Shown here in pieces: positions 15,669 through 21,560 of a DNA stretch of 21,560 nucleotides. The notes beneath the pieces were generated by a model. It was not told where the DNA came from, searched no databases, and worked only from the letters and a program-made list of their open reading frames with translations. Source of the DNA: a virus. Taxonomy: Duplodnaviria; Heunggongvirae; Uroviricota; Caudoviricetes. The DNA lies in the IMG/VR virus record IMGVR_UViG_2698536476_000013, positions 1 through 21,560 of that record. One strand, given 5' to 3'. Made by a program: the position numbers and the translations under genes. Position 1 is the stretch's first letter. Each line of letters begins with the position of its first letter.

Positions 15669-16370
15669 ATGAGCACTAAATTAACCGGCTATGTATGGGA
15701 TGGTTGCGCAGCGTCAGGCATGAAATTATCCAGCGTGGCAATTATGGCCCGCCTGGCTGATTTCAGTAATGACGAAGGTGTGTGCTGGCCATCAATTGAA
15801 ACCATTGCCCGCCAGATTGGCGCGGGGATGAGTACCGTCAATCCGTCAGTAAAATCAAAACATGATCCATCAGATAAAAAACCTTCTCGTCCGGACGCTT
15901 CGCAACCGGACACGCAGATGGATGAACAGGATTTTTTAACTCGCCATCCTGATGCGGTTGTATTCAGCCCTAAAAAGCGCCAGTGGGGAACGCAGGATGA
16001 TTTGACCTGCGCACAGTGGCTCTGGAAAAAAATCATCGCCCTGTACGAGCAGGCCGCCGAATGTGACGGCGAGGTGGTTCGTCCCAAAGAACCTAACTGG
16101 ACAGCCTGGGCAAACGAAATTCGCCTGATGTGTGTGCAGGATGGTCGTACTCACAAACAAATCTGCGAGATGTACAGCCGCGTCAGCCGCGATCCGTTCT
16201 GGTGCCGTAACGTGCTCAGCCCGTCGAAGTTGCGGGAAAAATGGGATGAGCTTTCCCTGCGCTTATCGCCGTCCGTCAGCACGCACACAGAAAAACGTGA
16301 AGACCCGTACTTCAAAGCCAGTTACGACAATGTGGACTACAGCCAGATCCCGGCAGGATTCAGGGGGTGA
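15669..16370 (+). CDS. Replication initiation/primosomal-type protein (N-terminal HTH, C-terminal DnaT-like region), 233 aa
   Basis: The N-terminus 'GMKLSSVAIMARLADFSNDEGVCWPSIETIARQIG' is an HTH typical of phage replication proteins. The C-terminal 'WANEIRLM..DGRTHKQICEMY' resembles DnaT-like domains. Position fits a replication module. Confidence 0.55.
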   Translation: MSTKLTGYVWDGCAASGMKLSSVAIMARLADFSNDEGVCWPSIETIARQIGAGMSTVNPSVKSKHDPSDKKPSRPDASQPDTQMDEQDFLTRHPDAVVFSPKKRQWGTQDDLTCAQWLWKKIIALYEQAAECDGEVVRPKEPNWTAWANEIRLMCVQDGRTHKQICEMYSRVSRDPFWCRNVLSPSKLREKWDELSLRLSPSVSTHTEKREDPYFKASYDNVDYSQIPAGFRG

Positions 16371-16372
16371 TT

Positions 16373-16465
16373 ATGAGTCTTTTGAATGAAGTTCAGAAAT
16401 TCATTGAAGCCCATCCGGGGTGTACTTCCGGAGACATTGCGGATGCTTTTTACGTGGGGGCTTAA
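16373..16465 (+). CDS. Small ORF, 30 aa ('MSLLNEVQKFIEAHPGCTSGDIADAFYVGA')
   Basis: My own translation: GGGGG RBS before the ATG at 16373, and its stop TAA overlaps the Dam start (TAATG). Below the ORF-track length cutoff. Confidence 0.3.
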   Translation: MSLLNEVQKFIEAHPGCTSGDIADAFYVGA

Positions 16466-17118
16466 TGAGTAATAAATATTGTCAGGCGCTGGTGGAGCTG
16501 CGGAACAAACCATCCCATGAACTGAAGGAGGTGGGCGATCAGTGGCGCACGCCGGACAGCATTTTCTGGGGAATTAACACCTTGTTTGGCCCGTTTGTTC
16601 TGGATCTATTCACTGACGGTGATAACGCCAAATGTGCCGCGTATTACACGGCGGAAGACAACGCGCTGGCGCACGACTGGTCAGAACGTCTTGCGGAGCT
16701 TAAAGGTGCTGCCTTTGGTAATCCCCCATACAGCCGTGCCAGTCAGCATGAGGGGCAATACATTACCGGCATGCGTTACATCATGAAACATGCCAGTGCC
16801 ATGCGTGATAAAGGCGGGCGCTATGTTTTCCTGATCAAAGCTGCCACCAGCGAAGTGTGGTGGCCGGAAGATGCAGATCATATTGCTTTTATTCGCGGGC
16901 GTATTGGTTTTGAACTGCCTGCCTGGTTTATACCGAAGGACGAGAAGCAGGTGCCGACAGGAGCTTTCTTCGCTGGTGCTATTGCTGTTTTCGACAAGAC
17001 CTGGAAGGGACCGGCAATCAGCTACATCGGGCGCGATGAACTTGAGGCATGTGGTGAGGCCTTTCTGGCGCAGGTTCGCCAGCAGGCGGAAAAACTGGTC
17101 AGGGAGATGGCGGCATGA
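16465..17118 (+). CDS. Phage-type DNA N6-adenine methyltransferase (orphan Dam-like)
   Basis: Catalytic motif 'FGNPPYS' (the D/N-PP-Y/F motif). Likely start is the ATG at 16465 ('MSNKYCQ'); the ORF track begins at a GTG at 16420. Confidence 0.8.
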   Translation: MSNKYCQALVELRNKPSHELKEVGDQWRTPDSIFWGINTLFGPFVLDLFTDGDNAKCAAYYTAEDNALAHDWSERLAELKGAAFGNPPYSRASQHEGQYITGMRYIMKHASAMRDKGGRYVFLIKAATSEVWWPEDADHIAFIRGRIGFELPAWFIPKDEKQVPTGAFFAGAIAVFDKTWKGPAISYIGRDELEACGEAFLAQVRQQAEKLVREMAA

Positions 17119-17441
17119 CGACATTAACTCAATGCCAGCAGCAGGTGCTGGATATGCTGATTTCTTACCAGAAAGAACGAGGCTTCCCGCCAACCAATCA
17201 GGAGGTGGCAACCATGCTGGGATACCGTTCAGTGAATGCAGCGGTGGAGCATCTTCGCGCACTGGAGAAAAAAGGCGTCATCACGATAAAGCGTGGCGTG
17301 GCCCGGGGGATAACGCTTCATACCGCGGTGAAGGACGACGACAGCGAGGCTGTCGGGATTATCCGCTCACTGCTTGCCGGTGAGGAAAACGCAAAGCTGC
17401 GTGCAACCCACTGGTTACATGAGAGAGGCCTGAAAGTATGA
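17115..17441 (+). CDS. LexA N-terminal DNA-binding-domain-like protein lacking a peptidase domain, 108 aa
   Basis: 'LTQCQQQVLDMLISYQKERGFPPTNQEVATMLGYRSVNAAVEHLRALEKKGVI' parallels the LexA winged-helix N-terminus (LexA: '[53 protein letters not shown]'). There is no S24 domain. Confidence 0.65.
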   Translation: MTTLTQCQQQVLDMLISYQKERGFPPTNQEVATMLGYRSVNAAVEHLRALEKKGVITIKRGVARGITLHTAVKDDDSEAVGIIRSLLAGEENAKLRATHWLHERGLKV

Positions 17442-17827
17442 AGCTGATCCTGCCTTTCCCGCCCAGCGTGAACACGTACTGGCGACACCCCAACAAAGGG
17501 GCGTTTGCTGGTAAGAGTCTGATAAGCGCAGCGGGGCGCAAATTCCAGAGCGCGGCATGCGCAGCAATAGTTGAGCAGTTACGTCGTCTGCCGAAACCAA
17601 CGTCGGCACCTGCTTCAGTGGAGATCGTGTTGTTTCCTCCGGATAACCGGATCCGCGATCTGGACAACTATAACAAGGCGCTGTTTGACGCCCTGACCCA
17701 CGCGGGTGTGTGGGAAGACGACAGACAGGTGAAAAGAATGCTGGTGGAGTGGGGACCGGTTATCCCGAAAGGGAAGGTCGAGATCACTATCAGTAAGTAC
17801 GAGAAAACGGCGGGTGCAGCCGCCTGA
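17438..17827 (+). CDS. rusA: RusA-family Holliday junction resolvase
   Basis: 'LPFPPSVNTYWR' and 'RDLDNYNKALFDALTHAGVWEDDRQV' match RusA catalytic-core motifs. ATGA overlap with the upstream gene. Confidence 0.85.
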   Translation: MKLILPFPPSVNTYWRHPNKGAFAGKSLISAAGRKFQSAACAAIVEQLRRLPKPTSAPASVEIVLFPPDNRIRDLDNYNKALFDALTHAGVWEDDRQVKRMLVEWGPVIPKGKVEITISKYEKTAGAAA

Positions 17828-17846
17828 TCAAGAGGAGAAACGAAGT

Positions 17847-18644
17847 ATGAATAATCTGATGGTCATTGATGGTATTGAAGTTCGTCGTGATGCTTATGGT
17901 CGTTACAGCCTGAACGATTTGCACAGGGCTGCCGGTTCTCTGGATAAGCATAAGCCTGCATTCTGGCTCCGCAATGAGCAAACTGAACGTTTAATAAGCG
18001 AGTTGCAGATTTGCAACTCGGTCAATATAGAGCCAGTTAACGTTATTCGTGGCGGAAATAGCCAGGGGACGTATGTCTGCAAAGAACTGGTGTATGCCTA
18101 TGCAATGTGGATCAGCCCGTCATTCCATCTGAAGGTGATCCGTACTTTCGACATGGTAACCAGCGCACCGGAAAAATTATCCGGACAGGCTGCTGACAAG
18201 ATGCAGGCTGGTGTGATCCTGCTGGACTTTATGCGCCGGGAATTAAACCTGTCTAACTCATCAGTGCTTGGAGCCTGTCAGAAACTCCAGGAGGCTGTTG
18301 GCTTACCGAATCTGGCACCGCGCTATGCCATTGATGCTCCTGCTGACGCGCCTGATGGCTCAAGCCGCCCCACGCTGTCACTGAGTGCACTGCTGAAGCA
18401 GTATGGTATCCGCCTGACAGCTAATCAGGCATATCACCAGATGGCGAAGCTGGGGATCGTTGAACAACGTGAACGATACAGCCGCACTGCGATTAACAAC
18501 ATCAAAAAATTCTGGTCGCTGACGGCGAAAGGCTGCATGTTCGGCAAGAACATCACCAGTCCCGCAAATCCGCGCGAGACGCAGCCGCATTTCTTCGAAT
18601 CCCGGTTCCCTGAGCTGTTAAAGCTGCTCGATACCGTTCATTGA
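17847..18644 (+). CDS. KilA-N domain protein (antirepressor-like)
   Basis: N-terminal 'VIDGIEVRRDAYGRYSLNDLHRAAG...KPAFWLRNEQTERLI...GTYVCKELVYAYAMWISPSFHLKVIRTFD' is KilA-N/Bro-N-like. The ATG at 17847 has an AGGAG RBS; the ORF track starts at 17814. Confidence 0.7.
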   Translation: MNNLMVIDGIEVRRDAYGRYSLNDLHRAAGSLDKHKPAFWLRNEQTERLISELQICNSVNIEPVNVIRGGNSQGTYVCKELVYAYAMWISPSFHLKVIRTFDMVTSAPEKLSGQAADKMQAGVILLDFMRRELNLSNSSVLGACQKLQEAVGLPNLAPRYAIDAPADAPDGSSRPTLSLSALLKQYGIRLTANQAYHQMAKLGIVEQRERYSRTAINNIKKFWSLTAKGCMFGKNITSPANPRETQPHFFESRFPELLKLLDTVH

Positions 18645-18645
18645 G

Positions 18646-19641
18646 GTGACCGTGAGAGCGCTACTGACCCCTGAAATTGCCCCGCGTATGGGGATCGTAT
18701 TGTTCAGGCCCGGTTCAGAGCTGATGCCCCTGTTTATGCAGGGGCGTGTCCTGCTGGAGCCTGAGCCGGAACGTTATTCATCTTTCGCCAGTGGTGCCGT
18801 TCCGGCGGCATCACAACCGCTGGCGGATGATCCTGCCGTTCGGGCCGTGTTCCGCAATGAGGCAGTGATTCGTCGTGCTGGTGGAGTGGAATGTCTTGAA
18901 CGCTGGTTACTTCGTGAAAAAGGTTGCCAGTGGCCTCATTCCGACTGGCACAGCGAGAACATGACCACAATGCGACACACGCCGGGCGCAATCCGTCTGT
19001 GCTGGCACTGCGATAACCAGCTGCGCGATCAGTTCACGGAACGGCTGGAATCAATGGCAACGGATAACTGTACCCGCTGGGTGTTGTCTGTTGTGCGTCG
19101 GGATCTCGGTTTTGATGACAGTCACGTTGTGACAATGCCGGAACTGTGCTGGTGGCTGATTCGTAATGACCTGGCGGATGCCTTACCGGAAAGTGCAGCC
19201 CGTAAGGCACTGAGATTACCGAAGCCTGTTGTGCCGTCTGTCACCCGGGAAAGTGACCTTGTGCCTTCGGTTCCTGCCACCAGCATCATCCAGGATAAAG
19301 CGAAAAAGGTGCTGGCGCTGAAAGTGGATCCGGAGTCGCCGGAGTCTTTTATGTTACGCCCAAAACGTCGCCGCTGGGTTAATGAAAAGTACACGCGCTG
19401 GGTTAAGACACAGCCGTGTGCATGTTGTGGAAAGCCCGCTGATGATCCCCACCACCTGATAGGCCACGGTCAGTGTGGAATGGGTACAAAAGCGCATGAC
19501 CTTTTTGTGTTGCCTTTGTGCAGAAAGCATCACGACGAGCTGCATGCGGATACCGTGGCATTTGAAGAGAAGTATGGCTCTCAGCTGGAGCTGATATTTC
19601 GTTTTATCGATCGTGCGCTGGCAATTGGCGTACTGGCGTAA
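18646..19641 (+). CDS. DUF968/YdfU-like protein with C-terminal Cys/His (HNH-like) cluster
   Basis: C-terminal 'QPCACCGKPADDPHHLIGHGQCGMGTKAHDLFVLPLCRKHHDELH', and a position between rusA/kilA and Q typical of ydfU-like genes. GTG start. Confidence 0.5.
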   Translation: MTVRALLTPEIAPRMGIVLFRPGSELMPLFMQGRVLLEPEPERYSSFASGAVPAASQPLADDPAVRAVFRNEAVIRRAGGVECLERWLLREKGCQWPHSDWHSENMTTMRHTPGAIRLCWHCDNQLRDQFTERLESMATDNCTRWVLSVVRRDLGFDDSHVVTMPELCWWLIRNDLADALPESAARKALRLPKPVVPSVTRESDLVPSVPATSIIQDKAKKVLALKVDPESPESFMLRPKRRRWVNEKYTRWVKTQPCACCGKPADDPHHLIGHGQCGMGTKAHDLFVLPLCRKHHDELHADTVAFEEKYGSQLELIFRFIDRALAIGVLA

Positions 19642-19654
19642 GTGGAGAACGAGC

Positions 19655-20407
19655 ATGAACCTTGAAGCCTTACCGAAATATTACTCCCCGAAATCTCCAA
19701 AACTGAGCGATGACGCACCGGCGACAGGCTCTGGTGGTTTAACAATTACGGATGTGATGGCTGCGCAGGGGATGGTGCAGTCAAAAGCAACGCTTGGGTT
19801 TGCTTTATTCCTGGCAAAAGTTGGTGTTCAGGATCCTCAGTTTGCGATTGAAGGTCTGCTCAATTACGCGATGGCACTGGATAACCCGACATTGAATAAA
19901 TTGAGTGAAGAAACCCGGCTACAGATCATTCCTTACCTTGTGAATTTTGCCTTTGCTGATTATTCCAGGTCTGCGGCAAGTAAGGCTCGCTGTGAGCATT
20001 GTGCTGGTACTGGATTTCATAATGTATTGCGCGAGGTGGTGAAACACTCCAGAAGCGGGGAATCTGTTATTAAGGAAGAGTGGGTGAAGGAACTATGTCA
20101 GCATTGTCATGGTAAGGGAGAAGTCAGCACAGCATGCAGAGGGTGCAAGGGTAAAGGTATTGTCCTGGATGAAAAAAGAACCCGGCTTCATGGCACGCCT
20201 GTTTATAAGGTTTGTGGGCGTTGCAATGGAAACCGGTTTAGCCGTTTACCAACCACACTGGCGCGGCTTCATGTCCAGAAGCTGGTACCAGACCTGACGG
20301 ATTATCAGTGGTACAAAGGATATGCAGATGTCATTGATAAACTGGTTACAAAGTGCTGGCAGGAAGAAGCATATGCAGAGATACAATTGAGAAAGGTGAC
20401 AAGATAA
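19655..20407 (+). CDS. Q: Late-gene antiterminator Q-like protein (Cys-rich zinc-binding)
   Basis: Sits immediately upstream of a PR'-like promoter, a terminator and the tRNA cluster. Multiple CxxC motifs ('CEHCAGTG','CQHCHGKG','CRGCKGKG','CGRCNG'). The ATG at 19655 has a GGAG RBS. Confidence 0.6.
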   Translation: MNLEALPKYYSPKSPKLSDDAPATGSGGLTITDVMAAQGMVQSKATLGFALFLAKVGVQDPQFAIEGLLNYAMALDNPTLNKLSEETRLQIIPYLVNFAFADYSRSAASKARCEHCAGTGFHNVLREVVKHSRSGESVIKEEWVKELCQHCHGKGEVSTACRGCKGKGIVLDEKRTRLHGTPVYKVCGRCNGNRFSRLPTTLARLHVQKLVPDLTDYQWYKGYADVIDKLVTKCWQEEAYAEIQLRKVTR

Positions 20408-20438
20408 ATGGTTTTCGCCGAAGATGACGACATGATGC

Positions 20439-20467
20439 TTGCATTTTTCAAAAAATATGGATAAGAT
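20439..20467 (+). promoter_or_regulatory. PR'-like late promoter (TTGCAT-17 bp-TAAGAT)
   Basis: Read directly downstream of the Q stop, followed about 50 nt later by an intrinsic terminator, which is the lambdoid PR'/tR' arrangement. Confidence 0.4.
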
Positions 20468-20515
20468 TTTCCCAACGATGGGCTTTGTATGTCTACCGTT
20501 GATAAGATTTAAGAA

Positions 20516-20538
20516 CCCGCCGATGCGCGGGTTTTTTT
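20516..20538 (+). terminator. Intrinsic terminator (tR'-like): CCCGC stem followed by TTTTTTT
   Basis: CCCGC-CGATGC-GCGGG-TTTTTTT. Confidence 0.55.
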
Positions 20539-20718
20539 GTACCCAGAATCCTGTGAGCTATACGGAAAGTACACAGAAAGGAAGGTGCGACCACAATTAA
20601 TAACAAAATCTTAAAAATTGCACATGGCACTATTAGTTTTCTAAATATTGTGTATTTTTTGTATTGCAGGATGACCCTGTAACGAAGTTTGCGTAACAGC
20701 ATTTTGCTCTACGAGTTT

Positions 20719-20747
20719 GCCAGCCTCCCCCAGTGGCTGGCTTTTTT
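20719..20747 (+). terminator. Intrinsic terminator: 7-bp stem GCCAGCC/GGCTGGC followed by TTTTTT
   Basis: GCCAGCC-TCCCCCAGT-GGCTGGC-TTTTTT. Confidence 0.6.
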
Positions 20748-20770
20748 ATGTCTGTAGCGTCAAAGCAGCA

Positions 20771-20869
20771 ATGTCGCTGGGGCGTCGTGCAATTGGCGTT
20801 GAGCTGGAGACTGAACGTTTTGAGCAGACGGTCAGGGAAGTTCAGGATTTAGTCAGTCAGAACGGATGA
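20771..20869 (+). pseudogene. Relic of the 3' end of a DNA methyltransferase gene (C-terminal ~33 codons only)
   Basis: Translation '..AAMSLGRRAIGVELETERFEQTVREVQDLVSQNG*' resembles the C-terminal 'GR.FIG.E....Y/F' motif of N4/N6 methyltransferases. There is no upstream coding sequence or start; a terminator lies immediately 5'. Confidence 0.35.
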
Positions 20870-20909
20870 TATTGCAGGATTAGTTACGTACCGTTATTAT
20901 CCTGCGCCC

Positions 20910-20985
20910 GGCCCTTTAGCTCAGTGGTGAGAGCGAGCGACTCATAATCGCCAGGTCGCTGGTTCAAATCCAGCAAGGGCCACCA
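20910..20985 (+). tRNA. tRNA with CAU anticodon, Ile2 (lysidine)-type, resembling ileX/ileZ; includes CCA
   Basis: Cloverleaf folded by hand: acceptor GGCCCTT/AAGGGCC, D-stem GCTC/GAGC, anticodon loop CTCATAA, T-arm GCTGG-TTCAAAT-CCAGC, 3' ACCA. Confidence 0.85.
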
Positions 20986-20994
20986 TATCACATA

Positions 20995-21071
20995 CCGCCA
21001 TTAGCTCATCGGGATAGAGCGTCAGCCTTCGAAGCTGGCTGTGCGGGGTTCAAGTCCCCGATGGCGGTCCA
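20995..21071 (+). tRNA. tRNA-Arg (anticodon UCG), argN-like; includes CCA
   Basis: Acceptor CCGCCAT/ATGGCGG, anticodon stem TCAGC/GCTGG with loop CTTCGAA, T-arm CGGGG-TTCAAGT-CCCCG, discriminator T plus CCA. Confidence 0.8.
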
Positions 21072-21084
21072 TTATCAGCATCAT

Positions 21085-21161
21085 GCGTTGTTAGCTCAGC
21101 CGGACAGAGCAATTGCCTTCTAAGCAATCGGTCACTGGTTCGAATCCAGTACAACGCGCCA
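21085..21161 (+). tRNA. tRNA-Arg (anticodon UCU), argO-like; includes CCA
   Basis: Acceptor GCGTTGT/ACAACGC, anticodon stem ATTGC/GCAAT with loop CTTCTAA, T-arm ACTGG-TTCGAAT-CCAGT, discriminator G plus CCA. Confidence 0.85.
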
Positions 21162-21560
21162 CACCACACTTATCTGCCCTGACTCTCTTTTGCGGGCTTT
21201 TTATTACAGGAAAGACACCGGACAGTGAAATGTTAAATGCCTCACAATTCAGGTAGTCGACTGTTGCCTGACATGCTGAGCGTTTGTTAAAAAAATCCTG
21301 CATGATGAATCCCCCTGGGCGGCGGGGCATAATGACAGATGTTTGGTTGCGTATTGTATAGGCAAGTTGCGGATTCTGTCTGGTCATTGCAGAATTCACC
21401 GGGAGGCACCCGGCATCATGCTGTATACAGAGATTAGGCATATATCCAGGCCCCTCATCGCAGGAGCCTTTTTACATGCAAAAAAAGCCCGAGTAGGTTC
21501 GGGCAACAGCATGAGATACTTGCATTGTCATTTTTATCGTGTGGATTTTAACCAGGGTTT

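Larger units (their letters stand above)
5539..21560. mobile_element. Lambdoid prophage (partial; att-moron-int-xis-early left-cI/cro-replication-nin-Q-tRNAs; late genes beyond window end)
   Basis: Canonical lambdoid gene order and divergent cI/cro with repeated operators; integrase, excisionase, RusA, Q and a tRNA cluster are all present in the expected orientation. Confidence 0.8.

Noticed and set aside
16420-16464. GTG start at 16420 for the Dam methyltransferase
   Set aside because: It would overlap the upstream small ORF in another frame and has no RBS; the ATG at 16465 overlapping the upstream stop (TAATG) is more plausible.
16586-17383. ORFs 16586-16786 (+), 16681-17262 (-), 16871-17383 (+) and 17359-17667 (-)
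   Set aside because: Alternative-frame or antisense shadows of the Dam, LexA-like and RusA genes, which carry clear motifs.
18378-19656. Minus-strand ORFs 18378-18590, 18734-18991, 19122-19394 and 19354-19656
   Set aside because: Antisense to the KilA-N and DUF968-like genes in a uniformly rightward operon.
20493-20702. ORF 20493-20702 (-), 69 aa
   Set aside because: Spans two plus-strand terminators and a promoter-like region; no RBS; likely non-coding regulatory DNA.
21091-21441. ORF 21091-21441 (-), 116 aa
   Set aside because: Overlaps the antisense of two tRNA genes; a chance ORF.
21162-21560. Shiga-toxin (stx) genes immediately downstream of the tRNA cluster
   Set aside because: No ORF of any size begins in the 400 bp after the last tRNA; toxin cargo cannot be asserted from this window.

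Overview
The window is almost entirely horizontally acquired DNA, made of two mobile elements that meet at a 36-bp fragment of the ssrA (tmRNA) 3' end (5539-5574, minus strand). (1) Left, 1-5574: the end of a visibly AT-rich integrase-associated island. It carries a tightly coupled two-gene operon encoding a soluble histidine-kinase-like protein (149-1867) and a receiver-domain protein with a ~450-aa C-terminal domain I cannot assign (1869-3617), then a small membrane protein and a P4/CP4-57-type tyrosine integrase on the opposite strand. (2) Right, 5539-21560: the left ~16 kb of a lambdoid prophage. In order: a two-gene moron with its own promoter and structured leader (5909-7029), int and xis, an early-left operon (DUF551-like, PAPS-reductase-like, HD hydrolase, YfdQ/YfdP-like), a cI repressor flanked by repeated 18-bp operators with PL and PR, cro, a replication/nin-like region (replication protein, Dam methyltransferase, LexA-N-terminal-domain-like protein, RusA, KilA-N protein, DUF968-like protein), antiterminator Q, a PR'-like promoter with terminators, a methyltransferase relic and a three-tRNA cluster (Ile2-CAU, Arg-UCG, Arg-UCU). 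No CRISPR array, rRNA or IS transposase was seen. The best candidate for an undescribed system is the kinase/receiver operon on the island, whose logic resembles phosphorelay-based anti-phage systems (Detocs-like) but with a different gene count and an unrecognisable effector domain. The second candidate is the two-gene moron between att and the prophage int. All calls rest on reading the supplied translations and the DNA by eye; no database search was run.
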